Source: Octopus bimaculoides
Lineage: Eukaryota
Length of the DNA: 64,000 nt
Reading direction: 5' to 3'
Assembly (NCBI RefSeq): GCF_001194135.2
Contig: NC_068998.1
Span: forward strand, 44,817,589 to 44,881,588
The translations under genes and the position numbers were made by a program. Each line of letters starts with the position of its first letter. Within the stretch, counting starts at the first letter, position 1. Below are positions 24,341-38,270 of the stretch, one piece after another. Below the pieces are notes generated by a model. The model was not told where the DNA came from and did no database searches. It was given only the letters and a program-made list of their open reading frames with translations.

Positions 24341-25544
24341 CAGGGTGTCCCCAAAAATGTATACACATTTTAAATAATTCTAAAATAGATGTTTATTGAA
24401 ATATATTTCATTTACAAAATTTAATAGAATCTACAGACATTGTTTTATTGTTTTGTCAACAACTGTTTTCAAACTGGTGTCCGTTCTGGTCCAGGCAATG
24501 CTGACAATGCAAAGCATTGGAATCGCAAACATCATGAAACAATTCGTTTGGTATTTGTGTGCATTCTTGTTCAATGGCTGCTCTCAAATCATCGAATGTT
24601 GCAGGTTTCATAGCGTAGACATTGTCTTTTAGGTATCCCCCACAAAAAAAAATGTCTAGTGTATGAGGTTTGGTGAACATGGAGGGTATTTAATGAAACA
24701 CATTCGTCCAATCCATCTCTTTGGCAAGATCTCATCAAGCAAGGATCTAACATCATGATGGTAGTGTGGGTGGTACCCCATCTTGCTGAAAATAAATTGC
24801 ATCTTCAAAGTTCTCTCTAAAGCTCCAATTAATAATCCAATAAATCCTCTTGATGATAAACTATACCACATTGTAAATCCTCTTAAATTAAAATATGGCG
24901 TTCCACCATAACATGCAAATTCTCAGATCCCCAGTAGGTGTAACTGGCAGTTAATTGAACCATTTAATTTGAATGTGGCCTCATCACCCCACACAATATT
25001 TGTTGTAAAGTGTGCATCTTCTACTCTTCATGCCAAGTATGATTCACAATACTGCACTCTTCGGTCTGGATCATCATTATTAATAGCATGGATTAATCTT
25101 GGAACTTAACTTTTCCTTTGACAACACTTCAAAATGTGATGGACAAACGATTTTGAAATACCTACCTCATAACTCGGTTGCCGCACAGGTTTTTCTTGGA
25201 CTTTGGTGATATATTTCCAGCACTCCTTCTTGCTTTGTTAAGGTTGTTGATGTTTGTAGTCTTCTGGAATGCCTCTTGTGGACATTCTGAACAGTTCCAT
25301 TGGCTTCAAATTTACCTCTAAGTGATAGTAAGTCACATTCGTGGATCTGTTTGAAACTCCTTCGTAAACTGTCTTTGCACTTCAACTGCGTTTTCACACT
25401 TCCAATAGCATTTCAGAGTGAATTTCCTCTGTTCAAAGCTTAGTCTGACATCATCATTAATTCCAATGGGTTTAATCTGGAAAGAAAAAACATCAGTTGA
25501 ATTATCAGTTGCTAAAGTGTGAATACATTTTTTAGGACACCCTG
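24341..25544 (-). mobile_element. Near-full-length Tc1/mariner-superfamily transposon with decayed transposase
   Basis: About 31-bp TIRs cagggtgtcc(cc/ta)aaaaatgtat; TA flanks; frameshifted peptides [43 protein letters not shown]...YPPCSPNL, GYLKDNVY...LRAAIEQEC. Confidence 0.9.
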
Positions 25545-26879
25545 TATATATATATATATATATATATGTATAAGTGATATTCAATTCATAGCCACTTTAA
25601 CATGGCTGGCCATTCAAGTGGACTCAACTGCGAATTTTTTAACCCCAAGAGGACATCTCCTCTAGCTGGCTAATGATGCACCGCTGCATCCGATTAAATT
25701 GTGAGCAGGGGAGTAAACCCCTATCATCTCCTAGCAACAGGACCAGTAGACCAGTCCTGGTTTTGGACTATTTCTGCCACTCCTCAATAGTGGAAACCTC
25801 GTATGCATGTGTATTAAACGAACATGTCAATTAACAACAAAAATAATAGGGCTAATGTGAAAATGATTTTCTCTTTAGTCTATATTTGTTTCGGAAGAAA
25901 TTTCACTTTCAACATTATAATGAGTATCCAACATTCTTGCTATGTGTACATATGTGCGTGTGTGTGTTTTTGTGAATGTGTTTGACATGCATATAGATTA
26001 TCAAGCAAGTTTATAAATGATAAGGAGTGAAATACTCAATAGAATGAATATAGAGTTAATTTACATATATATATATATATATATATATATTACACCTTTG
26101 CAAGCATGAAATACTCAGCTCCTCATGTTAGCAGTAGTTTCAGGTCCCATGGAAATTCACTCAATACTTAATGTGCCATTGAATGATTTTGAAACTACTT
26201 GTAACATGAATTGACTAGTTTATACTTTTGCGTGTGTGTGCGTGTGTATTTGGTTTTTCAAGATGACTGTATCTTGTACACTGCTGTTCAATTATTTATG
26301 TTAGTGGTGGAAGTTCAGTTTATCTTTCACTTGAATACCCAGATAATTTTGTTTACCAGTTTGTGTTTGTGTATCCATTCTTGTCTAAGCATATAACGTA
26401 CCCAAGTGTTAATACACACACACACACACACATGAAGGTAGAAAGATATTAGATACGTTCTTCATAGTAAAGATATATTGATGGACATCTTATATTTTTA
26501 TCTGGGCATATATTAACTATTTGTGGTTCTTCTTTACAATTTTTTTATTATTTTTCATCCATTTTTTTAAGACTATGATTACATTTTTGTACTATTTTTC
26601 CTTGCTTTTTCAAAAAAAAAAATATTCCTATTCATTTATTTCTAGAAAAATGTTTTTATTTTCTTTACTAACATCTTTCTTTTCTTTCATTCTCTTTGAT
26701 ACTTCTTTTCTTTCTTTTCACCCTTCCCCTCTTACATCATCACTCTTTCTTACCTCTCTCTCTCTCTCAACATATGTTATTGTCTTTCTCTCTTTTATGA
26801 TATAATACATGAAACACAGTCTGTATATCCTTGGCAGTCACCGTGAATTTTCAACAACACCCCTCCTCCTCAGTCTACT

Positions 26880-27760
26880 TCATCTTAGACTGAGATGTAC
26901 ATTTATATGGTAACATTAGTGATGATATTGGCGGTAGTGGTATTAGTGGTACTAGCATTGTAGTGTTGGTACTGGTGTGGTTAGAGTCAGTACTAGTGAT
27001 ACTGGTGATGGTCGCGCTAGATGTATTGGTACTTGTGATGTTGGTGGCAGTGATGATGCTAGGGGTACTAGTGCTTGTATTGGTGGTGGTGGTGGTGGTG
27101 GTGGTGGCAGTATTGGTGGTGATGGTAGTGGTGGTGGTGGAAGTGCTTGTGATGTTAGTATGAGTATTAGTGGAACTATTGGTGTTAGCATGTGTATTGG
27201 TGGTAGGTATTGGCAATCGTAGGGGTGTTAGTATCTGTACTGGTGGTCTTGGCACTAACGATGCTGTTAGTGATGCTGTTTGTTGATGAAAGGTGGCAGA
27301 AAATTATGATGATGATGGTGGCGGCGGCGGCGATGGCGCTCGTGGTGGTGGTGGTGGTGGTGGTGGTGGTGGTGATTATGTCTACCCTTGAAACCAATGT
27401 AATACCAGTACCGAAGAACAGTTGCAATGACCCCAGACCGCGGTGGTGGTGGTGTTAGTGGCAATGATAATGATGGTGATGGTGGTGGGGAAGATGATGG
27501 TGTGGATATTGATGGTGGTGGTGGTGGTGGTGTTGGTGATGACATTGATGGTGGTGGTGGTTGATGATGGTGATGATTGACTATAATGATGGTAGTGGTG
27601 GTGGTGGTGGTAGTGGTTTTGACCATGATGATGATAAAGTGGAGGAGGGGGCGAGGGGTTAATAGTGGCAGTGGCAGTGAGATGGAGTGATTGATGTTAG
27701 GGAAACATGATGAAGAAGAAGAAGAACGACGAGAAGAAGATTCTGGCGATGTAAGGTGAG
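26880..27760. repeat. (GGT)/(GAT)/(GTA) low-complexity tract
   Basis: Degenerate trinucleotide runs; Thr/Val/Gly-rich ORFs in several frames. Confidence 0.85.
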
Positions 27761-28029
27761 GCTAATAATGGAAGACTGTTTAAATGAAGATGGTTAGATG
27801 AAGGAAATGAAGGATGATGCTGGAAACGAAGAGAAACTTAGGGGGAAACTTAGGTATGATAGCTAGGTGGGTGGGTGGGAGGAGAAGAAAGATTGAGGAT
27901 GTCAGCGGGGGAAATGAGGATAATTGAATAGGGATGATGCTTATAGATAATAATGGAAACAGCAATGCTGGTGATGACAATTATAATGTGGGTTAGAAAG
28001 AGCAGGAGGAAGATGCCAGCGGTGGTGAT

Positions 28030-28320
28030 GGCTACAACCCTGTCCTACTGCTACTACCACCACCGCTACTTATTACAATTGATACTACTACTACTACTAC
28101 TACTACTACTACAACCACCACCTCCACCACTATTACAACCATCACCACCACTATTACAACCACCACCTCTACAACCACCACTACAACCACCGTCACCACT
28201 ACTCCTGCTACTACTACCACCACAACCACCACTACTACTACTACTACAGTCACCACTGCAACCACCACCACTACTGTTTCTACTACAACCACTACCACCA
28301 CCACTACTACTACAATCATA
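28030..28320. repeat. (CTA)/(CCA) low-complexity tract
   Basis: Degenerate trinucleotide runs. Confidence 0.85.
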
Positions 28321-28614
28321 TTGGACTTTTATTTGTCAATCCTGAAAGGATGCAAGGTAAAGCTGCCTTCAGTGGGATCTGAACTCAGAGTTTAAAGAGG
28401 TAGACTGCACACTACAAGGCATTTTATTCAACACTGTAAGAGCATTACCAACTGGTTGCCTTAATCCAACTTGTCACCTTAATCCAATTGGTCACCTTAA
28501 TCCAACCCTAACATCTTGAGAAAAGATACATTGGGTAAATGTAGTCCAAGGTACACTAAAAAAACAGACTGGATGATCATGGCTGGAATGCTTTTGATCA
28601 TAGGTTTGTTGAAT

Positions 28615-28790
28615 CATGCTTAGCGGCATTTTGTCCATTTCCACGTTTGAGTTCAAATTCTACTGAGGTCGTCTTTACCTTTTGTCCTTTTGGGGGGTCA
28701 ATAAAATAAGTACCAGCTGTGTACTGGGGTCAACGTAATCAACTTACCCTCTTCCCTCAACATTGCTCTACTTGTGCCTAAATATGAAAT
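28615..28790 (+). mobile_element. SINE family C, 5'-truncated
   Basis: gcttagcggcatttt...gagttcaaattc...ataaaataagtaccag...ctggggtcaacgtaatcaac. Confidence 0.7.
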
Positions 28791-30237
28791 CGATATTACT
28801 ATCTATAAGTAACACCCACCATATTAAAACACAATAACAATAATAACCAGAGATAGAAGCTATTTTATGACCAATTATGTTTCTAAATGACAGCCACAAG
28901 ATGTAATCATACAAAATTTTCAATGACTTAATAATTGTGGATTTTCCTCCTTTTTTTAATTTGTTATTTTCTGATAATTAAACAGTTATTAAATTTTCCT
29001 GTTATAAATATTTCTGCAGCTTAAATTTTTTTTTTCTTTTTTTTTTTTAACTTTTTGTTCTGTTCCATTACTCTCTTTCTATTTTTTTTTTTTCCTTCTT
29101 CATCTTCTTCTTTTAGCAATTTCCAAATTTCTCAACATAATGTGTTTTGAAACATTTAAAAGATAATTTTTTTTTTTCTTCCCCAGCTGTATTTCTTTAT
29201 CTTATTCTTTTTATTTCTTTCATTTATTTTTATTTTTTTAGAATGATTTCTTTTATTATATTCTCATATTTGTTAGCTGTCATCGACTGTTTAAATACAA
29301 AATGAGTGTGTCTGTATAGGCATATGCATATGTATGTGTGTGTAGTGTGTGAATAAACATATATGTGCTTTTATGCAAGTGTTCGTATTTATGTGTGTGT
29401 GTGCCTGTGTATATGTGCATATGCATGTTTGTATATGCGTATGTGTGTGTATTTGCATGAATGTTTGTGATGTTGCTAAAATCTCTTTCACATAATTTAG
29501 TTTTACTTCTGNNNNNNNNNNNNNNNNNNNNNNNNNNNNNNNNNNNNNNNNNNNNNNNNNNNNNNNNNNNNNNNNNNNNNNNNNNNNNNNNNNNNNNNNN
29601 NNNNNNNNNNNNNNNNNNNNNNNNNNNNNNNNNNNNNNNNNNNNNNNNNNNNNNNNNNNNNNNNNNNNNNNNNNNNNNNNNNNNNNNNNNNNNNNNNNNN
29701 NNNNNNNNNNNNNNNNNNNNNNNNNNNNNNNNNNNNNNNNNNNNNNNNNNNNNNNNNNNNNNNNNNNNNNNNNNNNNNNNNNNNNNNNNNNNNNNNNNNN
29801 NNNNNNNNNNNNNNNNNNNNNNNNNNNNNNNNNNNNNNNNNNNNNNNNNNNNNNNNNNNNNNNNNNNNNNNNNNNNNNNNNNNNNNNNNNNNNNNNNNNN
29901 NNNNNNNNNNNNNNNNNNNNNNNNNNNNNNNNNNNNNNNNNNNNNNNNNNNNNNNNNNNNNNNNNNNNNNNNNNNNNNNNNNNNNNNNNNNNNNNNNNNN
30001 NNNNNNNNNNNNNNNNNNNNNNNNNNNNNNNNNNNNNNNNNNNNNNNNNNNNNNNNNNNNNNNNNNNNNNNNNNNNNNNNNNNNNNNNNNNNNNNNNNNN
30101 NNNNNNNNNNNNNNNNNNNNNNNNNNNNNNNNNNNNNNNNNNNNNNNNNNNNNNNNNNNNNNNNNNNNNNNNNNNNNNNNNNNNNNNNNNNNNNNNNNNN
30201 NNNNNNNNNNNNNNNNNNNNNNNNNNNNNNNNNNNNN

Positions 30238-30276
<39 letters not shown>

Positions 30277-30734
30277 TTTATAAAGTTACCTGTAGATGTA
30301 TATGTATAAAATATGTGTGTGTTTGTACATTTGTACATTTATGTTATTTAACTATTTACTTGTTGTAACATCAATACTCTGCAGAAGTTACTTGTATACA
30401 TTCAAATGTATGTAGACATACATACACGCATATACACACCAATATATCACCTGTATGTGTGATATATTGTTTGATTAGGTTAGGCTACAGCTAAGGCAAT
30501 AAACAACAACCCAAGATGTCTATTATTGTAGACATTAATGTAGAAGTATGGTGGTAGTGGTGGTGGTGAGGGGAAGAATTGATAATAATTTTAGTGAAAA
30601 TATTAGAGGTACTAGACTTGCTAGAACACCAGGGATAATGTTGTTTTCCTGTATATTCTAAGTTCAAATCATTCTAGTGTCTACTTTGCCTCTTATTCTT
30701 GAGGGGCAATAAAGTAATATTCTGTCCAGGATAG

Positions 30735-30905
30735 GTGTAGGTGTGGCTGTGTGGTAAGAAGTTTGCTTCCCAGCCACATAACATGATTCTGAATTCAGTA
30801 CCACTGAATGACACCTTGGGCAAGAGTTTTCTACTATAGCCTCAGGCCAACTAAAGCTTTGTGAGTGGATTTGATAGATGGAAACTGAAAGAAGCCTGTT
30901 GCATA

Positions 30906-30972
<67 letters not shown>

Positions 30973-31490
30973 GCACACTCACACACACAGATAAATATAT
31001 GACTCAGGGAGCAAGGTGTAGGAAGAAAGTTAGCTTCAAGCAATCCATGATAAATATAAAAAAATACAACTTACAGGGACAGTACTGGTTTATTGAGATG
31101 AAAGGTTGTGGAGTTTTTCCCTATCAAAGTATGATAAAGTGAAAAAGGTCTCTTATATTTCACAGTAGGCAACCACAGTTGCCAGGTGTGCAAATAAGAA
31201 TACAAGTGTTAACGAGCCTGGATCTTATCTACTCCATTCCTTAACTCTTGTATATATATACATATGTGTGTGTGTCTTTGTGTCTGCGTTTGTCCACTCC
31301 CCACTGCTTGACAACCAGTGTGGTATGTTTACATCCCCTTAAGTTAGTGGTTTGGCAAAAGAGACTGATAGAATAAGTACCAGGCTCAAGAAATAAGCAC
31401 TGGGGTTGATTGATTTGACTAAAATTCTTCAAGGTGGTGCCCCAGCATAGCCACAGTCTAATGACTGAAATAAGTAATACAAATAAAAGT
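30735..31490 (+). mobile_element. SINE family B halves: 5' half 30735-30905 plus (TA)n, 3' half 31260-31490, with about 260 bp of other sequence between
   Basis: Head ggtgtggctgtgtggtaagaagtttgcttccc; tail ...gcatagccacagtctaatgactgaaa. Confidence 0.7.
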
Positions 31491-32559
31491 AAAAGAACAA
31501 ATACTTAAGAATAGTGCTGAGTTAGAGTAAATCCATTCCCAAAATTTCTGTTCCCTTTTGACCAAGTTAGGAATTAATATCTTTATAAAAAGGATTGTTT
31601 GATGCACTAAAGTGTTGACATCTAGCGACTGAATTGGTAGAAGCCCTCAAGATTATTCATCATCTTCCTAACTATAACTTTGGTCATCGTTCTCAATTCA
31701 GCATCCTTTCCACTCATGGAAATGCTTATAAAATAAAAGAACACAGCACAGCATCCATGACTTTTAGAAACATTTTTTTCACATGCAAATTGAAACCTAG
31801 AATAAACTACACTTCCATGGTTAACTGTCAGAAAACTGCCTTCTTCAAAAATTCCATGGTCCATGCAAGTCACCAGCACTACTCCTGATTTACCCCTTCA
31901 TAGTTTCTTTTACTGTTCACTTTTGTCTGTTTGTGTTTCATTCTATCTTCTGTGCCTATATATCGCTGGTTCTTAACCATTTTCTTTTTTTGTAACACCC
32001 CCACTCTGCCATCTTTTAAGTAGCTGTTATGCCTAGAGCCCATCTAAGTGGCAAGTGAAGTATCATGACTAAACTAGCTTAACATGGATAATTTATTAAT
32101 TTTACTCTAAAAATGGATTCTATAAGCTTTTAACAGTGAAATGATAAAAAATTAATGAAGACAAAAGCTGTAAATTTACTTTATATATTGCAAATTAATG
32201 AGTTCTCTGTGCCTAATGAGGCCTCATTTTATTTTAATAACCATTACTAGTTTTATCGTGTGTAATATAATGACTACTATAAGCAAAATTTTCTATGTTA
32301 ATTATTTTACCTCATTGCTCCCCCTCCACCTCTTAAAGCTTAATTCATCCTTTGACATTCACAGCACTCCTCAGGGGTAGTACTGCCCACATTGGGACCG
32401 TATGCTATATATTGTTGGCATTTATTGCTGTTTTTCTTTACTTGACTTACATATTTTCTCTCTGTCCTTTCTTTCAACCTTTTACAACGAGTTGTAATGC
32501 ATTTGGGTATCATAAACAACAAGCCTGTTATATTTATTACAATTTTCATGGTTATAAAG

Positions 32560-32750
32560 GCAGTGAGCAGGTAGAAACATTAGCACATTGGGCGAAATGC
32601 TTAGCGGTATTTCATCTGTCTTTACGTTCCAAGTTCAAATTCTGCCTTGGTCAACTTTACCTTTCATCCTTTTGAGTTTGATAAATTAAGTACCAGTTGC
32701 ATCGACTGGCCCCCTTCCTAAAAATTTCGTGCCTTGTGCATAGAGTAGAA
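32560..32750 (+). mobile_element. SINE family C
   Basis: ggcagtgagcaggtagaaacattagcacattgggcgaaatgcttagcggtatttc...gataaattaagtaccag. Confidence 0.8.
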
Positions 32751-34454
32751 AAGAATTTTCATGGTCATTGCTCCTTTGCTTTAAAGAATCTGTCCTAAGC
32801 CTCTCTCGGAGACCTCAAGTAACAGCAGGTTAGATGTTTTACTGTGGGTGTTACTTCTGAATGGCAGTGACAGCAAAGAAAGGAGGCCGAATACTCATTA
32901 GGATTGCATAAAAATTTTGTTGTAGCCACAGACGTTGCTGTGTGGTAAGAACCTTCCCAAAAACATGGTTCCAGCTTACAATAATTTGTGTCTCACCTTC
33001 AAAAGTTCAAAAGTTTGGGGCCTATTACTCATGTAACCAGCAGCAACAGCAGCAGCAGTAGTAATAGCTTTTGTTGCTTTGCTGGTGTGGACTCAAGGTA
33101 GATATTTGTCACATATGTGATGTTAGTGTTGCATCTGAACAAAGTCTTTATGAAAAAGAAGTCAATGGCTTTTAAACAGTTAATGTATGGAGTATTTCAA
33201 AGCTAACTTGAAATACATTTACAGCGAAAAAAACTACTAGTGGAGGTCTAACATCTGTATTTTCATTTTTCCAGCAAGCACTTTTTCTGCCTTCTGTCCT
33301 TTTAAGCTTATCAGAAAAGTATGGCTTCTTCCATAGCTTGCTTAATTATACAGAACAATACAAATCACCGAGACAAACATAGAAATGTATATCTTTCAAT
33401 GTAGAGGAGAAAAATAGAATTGTTTATAAATTTAATAATTTAGAGATGGCTCTTTGTATAAGAAGCAATAAATCAGTGGACATTGGTATATTCAGTTCAC
33501 AGAATATTAAAAATATAATAAACTAGAAATAAACAGGTGATGAGAAAAATAAATGACATCATAAAAATGAAAATAGATTAAACTAGATATCTTGCAAAGA
33601 GATAAGAAGAAATGTATAATAAAGATTTCAGACTTCTACTTTAAATTTAGAGGAATGACTATCCTGTGAAATTTATTGTAGAGATTATAGATCTCTGTGA
33701 CCTACATTATGCTTAAAATTGAATTTGTGTAGGTCATGAATTTGTAATGATGGTCATTTAAACAGATATCATTAACATATTTTCTTATAGCTTAATGAGT
33801 GGAAGAAGGGGCAACACTTATGACATTTGTTCTTTTGTGCATTTCAGCCTAAAAGCTATGGCCAGGTTGAGCACTGTCCCTCCTAAACTGGTGGTAAAAG
33901 GGAGAAAGGAACCTAACACTTGGGCCAGATGCTTGTGGCAAAGAAGACTCCATTTAAAGTAGCCAAGGAGGATCTTTTGGGGTCTTGTCACAGATTTGGA
34001 AATTTTAAAATTAAGTGAAAAGTTTCAAATTAGGTATAGTGATGTAATTTTTGAAACTGAATCCAAACATGGGGTTCATTTATTCCCAGAAAATTTCTGA
34101 AAAATGTTACAAAGGTTCAAAGCTTTATGAGTTTTAGTCCACTCAGAAACTAAGAATTTGAAGGTGACCTTTTCTGTTACAACTGTCTGTCACAAAATGA
34201 CAAACAGAAATAACAGTCACAAAATGATGGTGGTGAAAGTGCCAGACTGCAGCTTTGCTTGTTACTATGAAAACAGATACCAAAGTGATATTTACAGTCA
34301 TGTGCATAATGGTGGATTTCAATTGGCTAAATTTACACTAATTTGCAAACTTTAAAAGTTATTAACATTTTATCTATTAATTTATAGCAAAAGCAAAACA
34401 CAGTATCCGGGCACACTTTCTTGTACAACAAAACAATATTAACAGGCTCTAGAA

Positions 34455-34740
34455 CAGTGGTTTCAAAACAGGGTGGTACTGCCTCCGTGTGGCAGTGCAA
34501 AGATCCAGGGGGCATTGAAGAAAAGTGGAAGGGGGTAATGGAGTGGCTAAAAGTGGGGGATGGATGTAAAAGGAACAAAATAATGGGTTAATTAGGTTAA
34601 GTTTTACATGTGAAATAAAGTTGTTTTGAATTTGTTACAGAAAATGGTTTGTTTATGGTACGGAGTGTCGGGGTTGGAAGCTAGAAATGTAGCCAGGGTA
34701 CCAAGGGGAAAGCAACCCAAAATAATTTTTGTAACCACTG
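34455..34740. mobile_element. hAT (Charlie-like) MITE
   Basis: TIRs cagtggtttcaaaa / ttttgtaaccactg; perfect 8-bp TSD CTCTAGAA at 34447-54 and 34741-48. Confidence 0.9.
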
Positions 34741-35633
34741 CTCTAGAACAACATTAAAAGAACATTACATAAGAAAACCCTCATTGACATTCCTGAGTAA
34801 TAAAAGTTATTATGTAATGAACCATATGTTTATTCTGAAATTATGTTTACTTAAAAAAAATTTTATGGTGTGTAAGATATTGAAATGAGGTGGCAGACAG
34901 ACAGACAGATAGGTTGTCTCTTTGGGGAATAATCAGCAGCAAAGAAATTTCTGGAAAATTGTAAGATTTTAGTGATAAGTGATAAGAGACTAGGAAAGTT
35001 TTCATCAATAGAATTAGTTTCGGTAACATAATTTCACTGATAGTGAAGTGTCTTGTTTCTGTTTGAGATAATCATTTCTCTACTGCTCTTTTTCTCTGTT
35101 CTTCTCAGCATATGAGTGTGTGTGTGTGTGTGTGTACATGCACATGCACACATAGTCTATATATATTTATTTTTCTATATGTGGGTCTTCAAAAAATATA
35201 TACTTAGGTAATGTATATATACTTAATGTATGTATATTAAAGAAAGCAGAAGCTGTCATTTACAAGTGTGTATGACCATGAAGCATATACCATGCTTCGT
35301 AAATTGCTTCAGATACTTTTGTAGTCATTAGCAGACAACCTCTTGGCTCTCCTATCCTTGACCCAGTAGTAGATCCAGGATATGACAGCTGGAGAGACAG
35401 AAGGATGTGCCAACACTTGGCTGCTATTCATTTATAGCTGAGTAGACCGATGCAATGGAGCAACATGGAATATTAAGCCTTACTCACCAATGTTACATGC
35501 ACTGTCTGTTACAGAAACCAACCATAGATTTCTGTAGTTATTATCAATGTATTTCGGTGATTTAAATAAATGTTTTGACTGTTATTTCTTGCAGGTAGAC
35601 ATACTTACTATGTCCTTTGATTAATTTTGTATG

Positions 35634-35675
<42 letters not shown>

Positions 35676-36059
35676 ATGTGTATATAAACAGGTGCAGCAT
35701 CAGGTAAAAATAAATAGAAGTTCCCTTTGTATTAGCATCAATGAATGATGCAGAAATAAACCTGATGTTGCAATCCTGATGTACTCTAACTGCTGCACCA
35801 ATATTACTGCAGATTACCAACGTTCTTTCTTTGATATTCTTAGCTTTATTGTTTATTTATGAGGTTCATCAATACATCTATCTCTACATACAGATGTCGG
35901 TGTGTGTGTCTCTGTCTCCGTCTAGGTATATGGATGTGCATGTCTGCTTGTAGAGAGTAAGATGGAGACATAATGAGACAGGAATGTAGCATTATGTGGG
36001 TGTATGTGTGTCTGTGCGTATGCTCGCATATCTAGTTAGCAAGCTGTATATGTGTATAT

Positions 36060-36094
<35 letters not shown>

Positions 36095-36310
36095 AGAGAG
36101 AGCTTGTGAGTATATGTGAGAGTCTGTGAGAATGTATGTGTGTGCGTGTGTGCATAGATAATACACACACACACATACGCACACATATATCTACATGCCT
36201 GTATAAATTTGTATGTATAATCATGCATACATTCTTAAAGATGTAAGGTTGGTGTATATGGTTATAAACACACCGTTATATCTGTGTATTTTATACATGC
36301 ATATGCACAT

Positions 36311-36349
<39 letters not shown>

Positions 36350-36897
36350 GAAACCATGCCAGCATGGGAAAATGATGATGGTGATGATGATGCACATATA
36401 TTCAGACATACTGACACACACTCACACATGCATACATACATGTATATATGCATATATATANNNNNNNNNNNNNNNNNNNNNNNNNNNNNNNNNNNNNNNN
36501 NNNNNNNNNNNNNNNNNNNNNNNNNNNNNNNNNNNNNNNNNNNNNNNNNNNNNNNNNNNNNNNNNNNNNNNNNNNNNNNNNNNNNNNNNNNNNNNNNNNN
36601 NNNNNNNNNNNNNNNNNNNNNNNNNNNNNNNNNNNNNNNNNNNNNNNNNNNNNNNNNNNNNNNNNNNNNNNNNNNNNNNNNNNNNNNNNNNNNNNNNNNN
36701 NNNNNNNNNNNNNNNNNNNNNNNNNNNNNNNNNNNNNNNNNNNNNNNNNNNNNNNNNNNNNNNNNNNNNNNNNNNNNNNNNNNNNNNNNNNNNNNNNNNN
36801 NNNNNNNNNNNNNNNNNNNNNNNNNNNNNNNNNNNNNNNNNNNNNNNNNNNNNNNNNNNNNNNNNNNNNNNNNNNNNNNNNNNNNNNNNNNNNNNNN

Positions 36898-36968
<71 letters not shown>

Positions 36969-37848
36969 TACATGTGTGTGAGTTCACTATAACTTAAGAA
37001 ATAGTTTCAGAGCACCATATTCTTCCCATATTAGAATATTCAGCTATATTCCAAAGCTTTCTCACATCTTACCTTGGTTCTCTGTTCTTCATTGTTCTAC
37101 ATCTATTATTGAGTTTAACCTTCTGGCCATAAAGATTCTGTTTCAATCCTTTCATCATCATCATCATCATCATCATCGACAGCATCTTTGTTATCATCAA
37201 CATCATCATTATTGGTTTTTCTCTTTTCTGACGCTTGATTGGCTGATCATAAATGTCTTGAGTCAGTCAAGTTTCTTTCACTTGAGGCCTTTGTTAGTGT
37301 AGTAGACTTGTATAGAAACACTTCAGTGACTGACTGAGTGAACAGAATACAGGACACATTGAATAATGTCATCTGAAATATATTATATCAGAAATGGGAT
37401 GTTCATGGCTGGAATGCCTTTGATCGCAAGTCTGCTGGATTGGTGCTGACCTGGCCCTAGCCATCATGACAAACAGCAACGTAGAGAGGGAGCTCGTATG
37501 TAGAAGTAGGAACCATATCTTACTTAAACCATGTCCTGATCATCATCATTATCATTAACATCTGATTTCCATGCTGGCATGGGTTGGATGGTTTGACAGG
37601 AGTTGGTATGCTGGAGGGTTGCACCAGGCTATAATGGTTTGTTTTGGCATGGTTTCTATGATTAGATGCCCCTCTTAGTGTCAGCCAAATTTTCGTCATA
37701 TCACTCCTTACAATGTGGAAACCATCGATCAATGCTGGAGTATCTTCAAACAGGAGTCAACTCAATCAGGTCTGACCTGTAGCACAACATCATCATCCAC
37801 TTCTGACTAAGGTACTCTCACTATAAAGCAAGCATGGACAACATTTTT

Positions 37849-38019
37849 TGTGGTAAGTAGCTTGCTTACCAACCATGTGGTTCAAGGTTCAGTCCCACTG
37901 CATGGCACCTTGGGCAAGTGTCTTCTACTATAGCCTTGGGCCAACCAAAGCCTTGTGAGTGGATTTGGTAGACGGAAACTGAAAGAAGCCCGTCGTGTAT
38001 ATGTGTATATATATATATG

Positions 38020-38062
<43 letters not shown>

Positions 38063-38270
38063 TTATGTGTCTGTGTTTGTCCCCCCACCCACCAACATCG
38101 CTTGACAACCAATGCTGGTGTGTTTACGTCCCCATAACTTAGCAGTTCAGCAAAAGAGACCGATAGAATAAGTACCAGGCTTACAAAGAATAAGTCCTGG
38201 GGTCGATTTGCTCGAGTAAAGGCGGTGCTCCAGCATGGCCACAGTCAAAATGACTGAAACAAGTAAAATA
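37849..38270 (+). mobile_element. SINE family B, near full length, with internal (TA)/(TG) microsatellite
   Basis: Head, core ccttgggcaagtgtcttctac, microsatellite and complete tail in order. Confidence 0.9.

Noticed and set aside
26875-28345. Mucin-like Thr/Pro/Gly/Val-rich ORFs
   Set aside because: Degenerate GGT/CTA repeats give open frames on both strands
29280-30338. Long ORFs spanning N runs (also 4211-5150, 36213-36997, 60827-61261)
   Set aside because: Artefacts of X translation through assembly gaps
35570-35610. Second AG|GT juxtaposition (ttcttgcag|gtagac)
   Set aside because: The regenerated donor GTAGAC is weak and the tract is short; a similar weak case is ccattccag|gtacaa on the minus strand near 63960
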